Shown here: positions 14,637 through 27,489 of the stretch, piece by piece
How the letters are laid out: each line of letters opens with the position of its first letter
Numbering within the stretch: the stretch's first letter is position 1
Assembly (NCBI GenBank): GCA_964016885.1
Contig: OZ024740.1
Coordinates: 185,442,001 to 185,506,000 of the forward strand
Direction: 5' to 3'
DNA length: 64,000 nucleotides
Source of the DNA: Eledone cirrhosa
Taxonomy: Eukaryota
Program-made: the position numbers and the translations under genes
Notes under the pieces: generated by a model
The model's input: only the letters and a program-made list of their open reading frames with translations
Told to the model about the DNA's origin: nothing
Databases searched by the model: none

Positions 14637-14642
<6 letters not shown>
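14339..14642. mobile_element. Fold-back (inverted) PLE pseudo-LTR unit
   Basis: Arms of about 14339-14474 and 14481-14642 are reverse complements. The left arm lacks the segment carrying the ribozyme core. Confidence 0.8.
14554..14600 (+). ncRNA. Hammerhead motif with U4C core change
   Basis: ugcu CCGAUGA ca-ccaaac-ggaa-guuugg-aa GAAA cgauug UC agca, overlapping a following AAUAAA. Confidence 0.7.
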
Positions 14643-14706
<64 letters not shown>

Positions 14707-15198
14707 GGAGAGAGAGAGAGAGAGTTGGGAGAAAAAGGTAGATATGTGTGCCAATATAGAAGTTTAATTGTACAGAATAATCTGTAATAATTATGAAGGG
14801 CACTTCCTGAAAATATATGCTTCAGAATTATGTGTATATCATTTCCTATATATTATATTTGTTATTCCTATATTTTATATTTGTATTTAAATATGCAGGT
14901 GCTTGAATGCGTTTGTATGTAATTAGTTGGTCACTAAATTGATGTTTTTTCCCTATAAACACATATTTTCCGGTCTGCATTATTTTCCGATAGTTGTCCG
15001 GTCTCGTATACATATATATATATATATATATACAAATTTTATGATTTACCACTGGATAGAACTGGTCATTCCGTAGAGCCAACCATGATGTAATATTAGA
15101 AAAATCTTGATGGTGGTGCGAAAACGGAGTTAATTATTATTGAGTAAAATGACAGGAGAACGGTCTTGTGAAATTTCTTCAAGGATTTATTTCAGCAA

Positions 15199-15256
15199 AC
15201 ACCACGTACATTTCAGTGGCCAGGTTACGTAGCATCCTGGTGACATCATCAAGTGT
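15199..15256 (-). ncRNA. Decayed hammerhead motif, probably inactive
   Basis: Minus strand: acac UUGAUGA uguca-ccagg...ccugg-ccacu GAAA uguacg UG gugu. It has C3U and a G at the cleavage position. Confidence 0.6.
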
Positions 15257-15555
15257 ATATTGTGTAATAGTAATATAATAAAAGGAAAAATGGTAAATAC
15301 AATCCAAGAGGCTATCAGGAGGGAAAGCGAGAAAAAACAGAGAAAAACGTTTTAGACAAGATGGTTATCAAGAGGGCCAGTTGTTATCAGTTTGGCTGAC
15401 CGCCATGTAATTTTATGTATGCGTGCATGTATGTATATTTACATGTGTGTGTATATAATTATATATCTTCTCTGTTTTAAGATGTTATTTTAACTCAGCC
15501 TCACTTTCAATGTTAATAGATATCAATTTCAAAACTTATATCAAATATATAACTG

Positions 15556-15613
15556 TCATCTGATGAACAGTTTCTGTAAGGATCGTATAGTTTCTTGAAA
15601 CATTTGGTAATGG
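15556..15613 (+). ncRNA. Decayed hammerhead motif
   Basis: ucau CUGAUGA [30 nt, poorly paired] GAAA cauuugg UA augg. Confidence 0.45.
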
Positions 15614-15683
15614 AATAATGATATAGTGTTGTTTATAATGTAATTCAATTTAAATAAAATATATCCATATATATATATATATA

Positions 15684-15750
<67 letters not shown>

Positions 15751-16268
15751 TATTGATTTGTTATGGAAAATCAGCATAACATTAACATACATTTTAATAC
15801 AATGTAATCCTTCAGATTCCATGATGGTCCCTAAGCCCATTGCCTTAAAACATGATTCATATATAAAGACATTTCTGGAATTGAATTAACTCAGCATGGC
15901 AGATTTAATAAAGATACAAAATATTGGAGAATGTGCCGATTTGCCCATTTGGTTACTGTAGAAATTTACTCTTTCCTACAGGATGTTTGTGAAATATTCT
16001 AGCAGAATGATCTGTTATTTCGTCACTCCTTCTATAAGAAAAACGTTGAGTGTATGTCTTCTGTATTCTACCGAAATGACCAACTTAATCAATTGCATTA
16101 GGATATCATCATGGAAAAATTTGTAGCGTGTATTTACAGAAAAGAAAGCCATACTCAGAATTGACTGAACAGTTCTATATTATAAACAACAATAACATCC
16201 ATAGATTGTGTTTATGAAGATATGTTATTTGAAGATGAAACTAGTATTGTTTCTTGAACGTTTCCGCA

Positions 16269-16310
<42 letters not shown>

Positions 16311-16357
16311 CTTAATGTTGATGCTCTATGTGAGTTTGTGGTCTTGATTTGCTTAAT

Positions 16358-16407
<50 letters not shown>

Positions 16408-16490
16408 ATACCTGTGTGAGGGAGGAAGAGTGGAAAGGAGAGAGTAGATGCAAGGATAGGGACACAACTATAGTGTTATATATATATATA

Positions 16491-16636
16491 TATTTATTAA
16501 AATAACATATTAAAGTTTAAGCAAAGAATCGCGGCTTTCACCCTTAACGGATCTACGGTTCTTATATAGTTGATATATATTTATCCTTATCGAGCCTCTT
16601 TGGATTTTAGTATTCACATTTACTATTATTACTATA
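16491..16636. mobile_element. Minimal PLE insertion: inverted partial pLTR joined to the 3' tail
   Basis: 16491-16554 matches 35165-35228 directly; 16553-16636 is the reverse complement of about 35075-35158. Confidence 0.8.
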
Positions 16637-16649
16637 TATATATAATTAC

Positions 16650-17850
16650 GTGTCCGTAAAGAATCCTCAGATTAGCAGCTCCCTAGATGGAGTCCTTTGA
16701 CACTGAAGAACTGAAGTGTATGGTATAAACAAACGTTACATATCTGTCGAGGCTGAACGTAAATAAAGCCGCCTTTCGCATAACAAGATGGCTTCTTGTA
16801 GGAAAACTACCTTATTATATAGAGATGGGTTTCAAGGGAGGTAACTCCTTGAAAAGCCAAAGGCCCCACATGAGAGTTGTAACCAAGACAATGCGAGGGA
16901 GGTAGATTATAGGTATAGTCACAATGAGACGTTTAACTAAGATAATGCGAGGCAGATCATTTCTTATAGGTGTTTATGTGGTTGACTTACGATGTCTTTA
17001 GTTTATTAGTTATAGGGAGGGGCATGACTAAAGGATAGGCTAAGTTGGGTCAAATATTCTGTTAGCGAAGGAGTTCGCTCTGCGGTGGTGGAAGTTGATG
17101 ACCAACTCATTCCTGTCATTGATGGGGGTGGCCTTGACAAAGATATGTGTTAGGCCTCGGTAAGACAGATCGCAAAAATGTCTTCCTCCATTAAATGCTG
17201 GAGATCTAACTAAGATATACCAAGTTAGTGAATGTTCAATGTTGGCTAGTTTAAGGTTTTTAAAGAGCCTGGCTAGAGAAGTTGAGCATCTATAGCTAGG
17301 GTCGGGGAAGGAAAATGAGTGCGCATTATAGTGGACCTTTAAGGGGCTAGATGTAGAGCCAATATAGAGCTAGTAGATGAGGCCGTTCTAACCATGCACC
17401 TATATACGATATTGGGCGTAAGGCACTGCCTGTTAAGCGGGCACAGTGGGGTTACGGCAGTTGCAATTACGATTGCGATTAGTAGGAGTAGAGTTGTTTA
17501 AACTAAGCGGCTGGTGTGTACTAATGGGATTGGAGGGGAGAGTTCTGCTACTAGGATTAGTATAGGTATGGATGCATGGTGTACTTATGGGAGGTGGTGG
17601 TGCCACATGGGGGGGTATATTTTTTTAGTTTGTGACAGTTGGTGAATGCGATGTGGCTAGCTAGGTTCGGTGTAGTGGAGAAGGAGATTTGAATATTGTT
17701 TTTATTAAATAGTTTGTAATATCTATGGTTGCGGGGGAGGGTGTTTAGATAGGATGGAGAAGAAACGTTTAGGGATGTTAGTAGCTAAATTAGATGAGAA
17801 AGGTTAGGCCAGGTGATTTTTCTAGGCCTGTTACTTCTATGTATACTTCC
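16650..17850 (-). mobile_element. 5'-truncated, degenerate Penelope-like element (thumb, GIY-YIG endonuclease, 3' UTR)
   Basis: Minus strand reads NCNCRNP/CPLNRQCLTPNIVYRC...YIGSTSSPLK.HY..H..SF...STSLA...W.IL...FCDL, with frameshifts. Confidence 0.85.
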
Positions 17851-17855
17851 TGTTA

Positions 17856-17914
<59 letters not shown>

Positions 17915-17916
<2 letters not shown>

Positions 17917-18098
17917 CAGAGGAAATGTGGTAAGGAACAAGGTGGACTATAACGCACCAAAGTACTCAATACTTAGGGTAGTAGAGTGGGTAATAGGAAC
18001 GAGTAGGACTCCGACGGCTGAGCTCAAGCCGTTTCGACGGCTAATTCTGGACTAGCCGTCGAAACGGCTTGAGATCAGCCGTCGGGGTCCTACTCGTT

Positions 18099-18103
<5 letters not shown>
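17915..18103. mobile_element. Hairpin element between (TA)n tracts: ~50-bp near-perfect stem plus ~80-bp one-sided tail
   Basis: Arms 17993-18043 and 18053-18103 are reverse complements; a sibling copy lies at 47765-47962. Confidence 0.85.
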
Positions 18104-18163
<60 letters not shown>

Positions 18164-19582
18164 ATATAAATGTACATGTATATATATATGTAGTCAAGAA
18201 TAAAATGCACAGAAGTATATTTGAAGATTACGTTTTCTTTATTACGATATAATGAATCGTTTTATAATTTTTGCATTAAATATAGCCTGTTTAGATTGGT
18301 ATAACAATCTTCTCAAATATTAAATTTTAAATATTAAAAAAAAATGTTCATGAATTATGTCAGCAGTTTGAATATATGAGAATTTTCTGTCAAACCTTCT
18401 TATATATGTATTCTTTATATAGATGAGGTGAGGAGAGTCGAAGTGGGGTTGAACAGATCAAAATTTAACTAAATTCACTTGATTAAAAATAGAAAATGTT
18501 CTGATCATTCAAAATAATGGATCAGACGGCATTTTCTATGTGTTTGTTTTGTGTGGGTATTAATCAGTTCAATTATTTCAAAATGTAAGTATTTGGGGTT
18601 TCTGAAAGAAACTGAAAAAGGTTAGGAGTGTATATAGAATTTATCCTTTGTCTTATGATATGTGTATGTGTGTGTATCTGTGTGCGCACGCGTGCCTGTG
18701 TGCGTACGTATATCAGAAGATAAAAAACTATTTTATTCGATTGGCGATAAAACTGCAAAATTCACCGGAATTGCTGTGTTGGGTTGTTTCGATCATGTCC
18801 GTGCTTAACAAGTCTAAAATCTCTTCTGACCTTGTTTCTAATCTATCACTTAATAATCATAATTTCGTAGGTAACATATAATTGTTGTTGTGAAATTAAA
18901 TAATGCACAAAATCATATATGACGGTGTTAATTACTATTATTCACACATTTCCTTTTCTCGTTCATTTAATTGAAACAATCACATTCATATATTATATAT
19001 ACAAGCAGGAAAGTACATAGAATGCAGTGTTTCTGCTAGTTGCATGTATATGTTTCTGCTTTTAGACTGAAGTTTCCTCTCTTGCCATATTATATTTGCC
19101 AAGTTATATTTTAAGTAATGATATTCCACGAATAAACTTTTATATCATTTGGCATGTTAAAATCTGTTAAAATTTATTTAGTGATTTGGTAAAACTCTAA
19201 GAATTTTAAAATATTTCACATTGTTGCAAATTATTGTTTGCACCTGAATACAAAAGTTTTATATATTTTATTACTTGTTAAATTCTGTTGTCATTGATTT
19301 AGTAAATCACTAAATATCTGACAATTTTTTCAAATTATTAATCGAGCTTACTTGAAACACGCGCAAAAGTTATCTAATGTTTGCATATATCAGCAGTTTA
19401 CATCCGTTTTTCCAAACTAGAAAACCGAACCTTTTAAGTATTCTATTAGTTACATGTGTCACAAATATATCAAAATATGTATGTGTGAAATGTATAAGTT
19501 TTACGATATTTCATAGAAATGACAATACTACGTTCTATATGCATCATCAAACATTTATGCTAGACGAGTGAATGAAAATAAC

Positions 19583-19637
<55 letters not shown>

Positions 19638-20039
19638 GAGATTCATATATTTGCTAACTGAGGTTGTTTAGCCCTACGTCATCCCTGGTCGAGGAAAGGT
19701 ATTCAAGACGAAACAATCCTATATTTCCCTTCAAGAATAATATACACTTGACCACATTATCCACTTCTTTGCATGGCAGGGTTTTTTTCCTCTTAATTTA
19801 AACAGTTTGATCACTTTGTAGATGCTTCACCGTTCTCTTGTTTGTAAATAAACTGGATAATATGAAGTTTAGAAATGTGATTTAGTATTGTATGGACATA
19901 AACTAATTTCGATATTTAAAGCAATCTTTAAAAACTCTGTATATAGATATGTGGTTATTCTTAGTAAATAATACTTACCAATTTATTACAAGTTGTAATA
20001 ATAGTTAATAAAAGTATTTTTTTCTTCTTTTCTTTGCAG

Positions 20040-20099
20040 GTAAGATATGAATTTCACCAATTCTTATTTCACACGTCAAAATGCGAGGATTTTAACAAG
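20040..20099 (+). other. Candidate 60-nt exon or recursive-splice exon of an unseen host gene
   Basis: Strong polypyrimidine tract ttttttttcttcttttctttgcag, then GTAAGA, then a second donor AAG|GTAAAG 60 nt downstream. Phase 0 is open (VRYEFHQFLFHTSKCEDFNK). Confidence 0.45.
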
Positions 20100-20149
20100 G
20101 TAAAGTATGTAATAAAACTTATAATATGTATTCTTTTTTAATATTGATC

Positions 20150-20446
20150 TCTAGAGGGAAAAACCCTTTTCGGTCATGAATAACAATGGTTATTGCCCTT
20201 AGAAACATTCCCAAACTCTGAACAAGGTTTGTTACGGAAGATGATCAGTTGCCCATGCATACCGATGGTGACCAAGTTTAAGGCAAAGGCTTAGCACTTG
20301 CGACATCACACCCCATTTCGACACAGCTGGAGTAACGTGAAAAAAGTGTCTTACTCAAGGACACCACACACCACCCGGACCAGGAATCGAATTCATAACC
20401 TAAGGAATGTAAGCCCAATGCTCTAACCACTAAACCATGCGACTTC
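20150..20446 (-). mobile_element. tRNA-derived SINE
   Basis: Minus head gaagtcgcatggtttagtggttagagc...ttcgattcctggtccggg, then core tgtccttgagtaagacacttt..tcacgttactccag. Confidence 0.8.
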
Positions 20447-21143
20447 AGAAAAATAATCATTTGAAATTAGTAATCCAATGTGTTATTTATCTAACCTCAT
20501 TTTTTTTCATTTTGCTAAGCAAGTGATCTTAACATTGCAGAGAGCCTTCAACTTTTTCCAATATGAGTTTGTCTTATATCAATTATTTCATAAGATGGAT
20601 AACATGTTGAAGTGTTAAAAGTAGCCTATCGCCTAGACCATACGTACTCAGGAAGACTCAACGTTAAAACGGAATTGTTCAATGTGGAAACGAGCAACAT
20701 ACTATTTTAATACTGAATAATTAAGTGCGTATATGGTTAACACAGCAGTGAAATCTATGATATACCTTATATAATCCAGACATTCACGGAGAAGAATTAC
20801 TGGATCGAATTTCTAACAAACGTATGTGTGGTTTTAGTTTTCTAATTATTCTAATGTAGCGTTTTAAATCGATAAAATGCACGAAGATTTCTGGCAATTG
20901 ACTTTCAATTTCAAATAGTGGATTTTATCATCATTTCTCAATTTCTCCTTTGATTCTAACATGTCATTGCCTAACGTAAAGGTGTAAGCAGGGATTTTCT
21001 AGTGCTGAATCTGCCTGAAAGTTTCAAGTTCTAGCTGAAAACCATTTAAAAATTCTAAGAAAAGACAAAAAGTTCTAAATATGACTCTTATACTGCTTTA
21101 AATATAAAAATGATTTTGTTTGTTCAAATGAAATCCGCATTTT

Positions 21144-21208
<65 letters not shown>

Positions 21209-22436
21209 CTGGAGTGAATTTTGTCGCGACAACTAAATCGTTTCGGATTATTGATTTCATATTCAAAGTAATTTTCTGCTCCTCTATATGTTGATAAACT
21301 CGTCTTCTGGTGACGGTTGAATCACAATATATCAATAAACATATACACACATGGTTTAATCATTAAACCAAATCATTTAAGATGTTGTGCCATATTCAAT
21401 CGTCAGTGTGATCCTCAAGTTATTTTAAAAATAATGGGAATATATTTATTATTAAAGAAGAAATACAAGATCTGTTGTAGGCAGGATTTATCAATGCCTG
21501 GTGTATTGATTTATCAATGCCTGGTTTAAAACCTCATCAATGGAACACAGAAAAATAATGATCGACGTTCACCTTTAGGTCATCATGGACGATATTGAGT
21601 ATTCCTAATCTTCTATGAGAAAGAAGTTAGTTTAAGAAATACATAATTTAGCTAATTGTGAGTAGGATACGCTGGAACAATGACTTGAACTCTTGTGAGT
21701 AGCCAACCCCGACTCGATAGCACTGAATAGGGATGTGACTCGAGGGCTAAGACACTGGGTGTCACCACTACCGTTTCAAAGAGTGGCAAATAATTCGACA
21801 GTTTGCTTTCTTTAACCTGACGAGCAGCTAAGGCTGGGCTAGTTTCCTAATGCAACAGGTTGCCGATTAAGAAGGTGCTTTAACATGTATCATCCAAAGC
21901 CGTCTTGCCTTTTAGTGTCCCCTCGGCCCAGCCATACTGGTTCCAGCTTGGCTCCCAGACTGTGATCTATAATCTCGTTGACAGCAGCACGGCTTTTGGA
22001 AATGACCCGCACTACAATCCACAGTGGATCCACTGCAGAATTATGAGGCTCATAGTTCCGAGGCCGAACCTTAGGTAAACACCGATGTGCAAACAGTCAC
22101 TGACCAGCTGAACGATGGTACTGGTACTGTCTTATATCATGTACCGCTGCTTGGCTGGGAGGCCAAGCGAATATATTCCAGACAGTGCTGCTCAAGCCTA
22201 TGCACCAATTTTCCCAAGGTCATGTTTCACTAGATGTCGTGCTATTTATTTTGTTTTGTTGTTGTTTTTTAAGGGAGACTGGACGTTATGGTTCAAGAAT
22301 ATAACCGTTTAGACATTTTATGATACTACAACCTCTGGGATGTTTTGAGGCTCATCTTTTGATTATCTACAATTCTATAGATTTTGAATTGAGTTGGGTG
22401 AATATAATTTATTTTATGAAATACAATTGATTGCGA

Positions 22437-23064
22437 TATATATATATATAACTGAGGATGTCTGTAAGTGTGTGTGTCTGTAAGTTTGAATCCATATAGC
22501 TCGAGAAGTACCCAACCTTTTTTTTTCAAACTTTACATGTGTATTACTTATGTTTCAGCGAGTGTTATGCTCATAAAAAATCCAACTTTTTGATCCTCTG
22601 GGGCATACATTCGGTGAAAAACTGCGTTTTTCAGCTTTTTATGTTTTTTGAGGCGTTACGTCAGACATAATTCCTTGAAATTGTAACTATCTGTTAGTCA
22701 GTCTCTTCTTCATACCGTGAACAAAGAAAATGCAGCTTTTTTATGGCCTAGGACCCGCATTAGTTGAAAAACTTCATTTTTTTCAGCTTTTTACGGCTTT
22801 TTGAGGCGTTACCTTTAGCCGATTTTCCCGAAATTTCAAGGCATGTTATGCACATAAAAAGCAATCATTTTCTTGATCCCCTTAGGTGAAAACCTGCATT
22901 TTTTCTGCTCCATTGAGAAAAATCTTAAAGATTATCCAGCCATCAGAGTATTCGGTTTATTTTCTTTACATATTGTCCAGGCATGCAGTTTTCGCACGAT
23001 TAGGTCTGTTGACGGCCCGCGTTCCAAAATACCTTATCCCGGCAACGCCGGGTATCACTGCTAG
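22437..23064 (+). mobile_element. Non-autonomous Helitron
   Basis: 3' GC hairpin cccggcaacgccggg (23038-23052) followed by CTAG|T at 23061-23064. 5' tatatataactgaggatgtctg...gtgtgtctgt and internal diverged subrepeats (tttcagcttttta...ttttgaggcgttac). Confidence 0.7.
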
Positions 23065-23096
23065 TAAGCTATAAAACTGTAAAACCGAGTTATAAA

Positions 23097-23860
23097 TCTA
23101 TATTATAATAAGAGCGCTGTCTGTTTGTCCGTCTGACCGTCCACCCTTCTACCACGCTCACTATATATATTCAGGGGGACCGACAAGTGGTATATATATA
23201 TATATATATATATATAGAATTGGTTATACAACAGTTAGTTCACCATACCGAGAACAATTGTTTCACCTTAGCGGATCCTCAGCTGGTAATGGACATGGTT
23301 ATACTGAACAGGAAGGACAACCGTACAAACGCGCATGCGCAGAGACTGGTCACTTCACACAGGCAATACTAAAATGCGTACGAGAGTTGTAAGGGAGCTA
23401 ACTACGAAAGTGCGAAAAGTTTCTAGTTGATAAGAAAATGATGATGTTGTAATTCAATCCTGAGCTTTGTAGTTATGCAAGAGGTGTTTCGAGACGTATA
23501 TACATAAATATAGAAAAGAGCATACCGTGTGTTTTCGCGGTGACAGAAAGAGGTAGATATACAGAAAGTTAGGACGTCACCCTCATCTTTATAGCGAGAG
23601 GGAGAAGCGCCAAGCGAGACTGATGTACGTAGATAGAGAGAGAAAAAGCGACGCTATGTATTTTTGAGGTGACAGAAAGAGATAAATAGACAGAAAGTTA
23701 CGACGTTGCCCTCATATATATATAGAGAGAGGGAGGAGGAGCACCAAGCGAAAGAAATGTACATAGATAGAAAGAAAAAGGAACGTCGTTTGTTTAGAGA
23801 GTGAAAGTGTGTGAGTGTGTGCGACATAATGTGGAAGACGACGACGTCACTCTCATCTAG
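23097..23860 (+). mobile_element. Probable second Helitron-like element interrupted by a pLTR fragment
   Basis: Starts a|TCTATATTATAATAA..ctgtctgtttgtccgtctg, has a ~125-bp internal duplication (about 23539 and 23668) and ends gacgacgtcac...CTAG|T. Confidence 0.45.
23248..23286 (-). ncRNA. Minimal hammerhead motif with palindromic stem III
   Basis: Minus strand: ccag CUGAGGA u-cc-gcuaa-gg-u GAAA caauug UU cucgg. Confidence 0.65.
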
Positions 23861-23950
23861 TATATTATGATAATTACCTTTCCTCGTCTGTTGTATTCCG
23901 TGTAGCAGATATGTATCGTTCGGCATTATACATCCGTCTAAAATATTTTA

Positions 23951-24100
23951 AGGTGTCGAATTTGCAGAGTCGTTACAAGGTCAGAGAGAATGTTTTATGG
24001 TAGTCATTCCGTTTTATGATACTCATCCCGCGGAGGCCAACTTTGCTTTTCATGTATTCGAGGCCGATAAAAAAGCACCAATCAAGTACTGGAGTCGATT
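23951..24100 (+). mobile_element. Diverged tRNA-derived SINE
   Basis: tcccgcggaggccaactttgcttttcat...gataaaaaagcacca...tactggagtcgat matches the SINE core. Confidence 0.65.
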
Positions 24101-25479
24101 CCTCTTCCATATCTCATTCTCACTTCCCTTCTCTCACTCTCTATTCTTTTCTGGAATAAATCTGCTGTATACAGAGATAGAGAGAAGATAAGCGTCACCA
24201 GGCTTAACATGCCCCACAAATGACGTATTCCAATAAGGTATATCCATGATTCCCAATGAATGACGGGACCATGCATGTATACATAATACATGTTAATATT
24301 TTAACTGAAATACATTTTTGCTCATATTTTTTTATTTAAGGCCAACTCGAGAAATCGACGAAATTTGAATGACTTAATTCAATCTAATGTTCCTCCTTAT
24401 GTGTTTAATACGTGAGAGAGAAAAAAATAAAATTACATTGAAAGATAGAAACATGTTCATTGTGCCTATATATTTGAATTGTCCATACGAAACGTTACGA
24501 AAAGCTATTCAATTGATATAACGTATTACCTATAGTTTAGAAATAGTTAAAGAAATGTTGTTCTGCCAATATTCAATTATATTACTTGCTACATGATTTA
24601 AATATATCGGGTTGTTGATTTTCCAATGTTAGAAAATTATCAGTGACAGCTGCTTTAAGTTTAAACTTTCTGATTATGGTTTACGGCAAAAGTTACTTTA
24701 CATGATACGTTCATACTAATGAATAACGAAGTTAGAGTGGCTGATTCCATTCAGTGATACGTTGCTACATTGGTTCGCTTAAATTATAGATCTCAAGCAT
24801 AAAGTTTATACATCTCGCTCTTATTTGCGCCAATTTCTTCTTAGGTAAGAATTCGATATTTAGGTAAGAAAAAAAAAAGCATTATGTTTATAGTGAAGCA
24901 GACGAAATGAAGTTGTACGGTATTGTAACTTTCTCAAGGGTATAGTTATATAAGTGAAATCTAATAATACAAAGGTTGATCAAAATCATGTCGCGTAAAT
25001 CTGGTTTCCTAACAATTTCAATTTACACACCAATGCTCGCTTTATGTGTGAACTTTTTTGATATTGTGTGAATATTGCAGTGTGCCGACAAATCAAATAC
25101 TACAATCTACGAGTGTATTTATTCATTTAGATTCCAAAGTACTTAAATTCACGAATGAGAACCTTCAGTAGTATACATAGTCTGTATGCTTTCTAGATCA
25201 AAATATTTCGGATGTATAGATACTGGAAGTATGAATTACTGAGATATAATGCAATATCATTATGTCGATATCTGTAGAGGACAATCGTATATCTTGTTAT
25301 ATAACAAATAACATAATTTCTATATATGTCTACAGTTCTATATTGATATCTTAGTATCGCCATTGTTCCAAACAAGATCTGCCTTGATCCTGAGCGAGCA
25401 GCTCAAAGATCAAAGGCTTTCCTCTGATAGGCCCCGTTTTTCCAAACATCTACGATTATATTTCAACCTCAAGTCTGTA

Positions 25480-26050
25480 TTTATGTCATCTTAAAGTAGT
25501 TACCATTAAGTCAGTTATTTCATACGAAGTCAAGATATGTGTCTTAACTGCGTGATAGAGATAAGCCTCATGTATGTGTACAGAGGAAATTATTGAAGTG
25601 AAGATTAGTACACGCTCGCTTCTTATTGTAACGATTCCGTTATTGTCTCGGGTAATGGTGAAGCACAATAACTTCAGGTTCTTAATTATCTTTGTTTATC
25701 ATAATTATCTTCCTTCGTGTACTGCTCTGACAGTTTCAGAAGTCAATTTGCTCTACATTGCTAGACGGCAATAAGGGAAATCAACTGCTTTTCGTAGCTT
25801 TTGCGAGCCTCTGTCTAAAGAGGCAGACAGTCTGTGTCTCTCTCCATATCTTACGGGCAATCATTGGTGCGTATGGCACTGGGGATGAGTTAATGATGTG
25901 GATGTATATTGCCACTCTGTCTATCTTTGGTGCTTTGAAAGGCAATACTGAAATAATAATGTCAGTCGCATCAGCAACAAAACCTTTCACCGCATGACCC
26001 TATTATTTTCGGTGTCTAGTCAATCCTCATCTCTCCGTGGCTTTTCCATT
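25480..26050 (-). mobile_element. Possible highly decayed LINE AP-endonuclease fragment
   Basis: Weak minus-strand motifs RVAI...IIN...YAP and TITRDNNG (GDFNA-like) occur in the expected order. Confidence 0.3.
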
Positions 26051-27489
26051 TAAATTCTTTTCACGGAAGAATGTACTGAAGTAGCCTTTACTCCAAAACG
26101 TTTAATAACGGAGCAATCCGCCATGCATTTCCAGGCTAATCGCCCTTATTTTATCGATACAATCCCGGATATTAATGTTGTCTACGGGAACCATCACAAC
26201 TTGAAAATCCATACTGACCCAGGGCAACCATATTTTGCCCATACTGGACTGGGTATGTTGCGATGCCTCTAGCATTTAAATTATCATGAATGTCTCTAGC
26301 CTTGATTTTCGGTTTGTTTTGTCTTTGTGAGCAGCCGACCTCTGGCGACATCTACCGTCCTCGCCTCATCCACGATTATGAATAACCACAATATGCCTCC
26401 AAATAATCTCTATTTGTCTGGAAGCACTCACCTTAACACACAATGACCAGGGATACCTTATCTACATTTTCGAGGGTATATTGAATCACTATCCCTTTTG
26501 GATAAAGCAGGTTTATACCAATTGGATAAAGCAGGTTTATACCAATTTCTTCAATTTCATTTCTCAAATATGTTATTTGTGCAAATTATCATTGTCATCG
26601 CCCCAGGGAGCTTTTTTTCCAATTGACCATGGCGTCTCTCATCTATCGTAGCTTGTTGTTGGTGACGCTGATCTTTATATATTTACTGATTTTCGCGTTT
26701 AAGTTAGCGCTTTCAGCAATATTGTTTTGTCTTTTGAAGATGAATCATAAATGTTTGCACTTGGGCTTCTCTCTGCTTTTTTAATTGCCAAGACTTTTTT
26801 TCTTTTTTCGTTTGGAATGAGTTATTGTTCGAAAAAGCCTGGGTGATCTGATTAATGTAAACTCCGTCTAAGCTATACAGGAATCAGCAGCTCTACGTAA
26901 ATATAAATGTAATAGGGATGCCGCACAAATTCTGTCCACAGAATCAAATTATCTAAATATCATCAGATTGAAAATGTTAATCAATTCTGTAGCGGTGATA
27001 GTGCAGAGAAAACTGGAAAGTGCTACAAAATGTTACAAACGCCCCCAAAATGGGTAAATCCTATATAAAATTAGTAATAAAAGGAAAATCATATTATGTT
27101 TCAATAAAGAAAGGAGTGTCACCAGCATGAAAAGCATAATGGATGAATCCAAGTAATTAAAATGCATAATATCAATTGTATCAAAACATTCTGGAAGCAA
27201 AATAGGACGTTTATTTTTCGGAATAACTGATGAAAAAAAAATACTTGCAAATATATTTATAACAAATAAAAATAAATAAATAAATAAAGGAAAAGGTAGC
27301 ACTGGTGGACAGATAGACATAAACCTTCATTCAAGTTTTAATGGAATATAGAACAAATCATTTCAGCACAAAAAGGATATTGGATCAGAAAAAAGATGAA
27401 AAATAAAGAATATGAAGACAAAAACAATTCCCTTCTGAATAGACCAAAAGTAACGGCAGAGCGGAAATAGATCTAATTAAAATCTAACA

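Noticed and set aside
21660-22230. GC-richer island that might be a host exon
   Set aside because: No convincing ORF or splice pair; more likely an unidentified repeat fragment.
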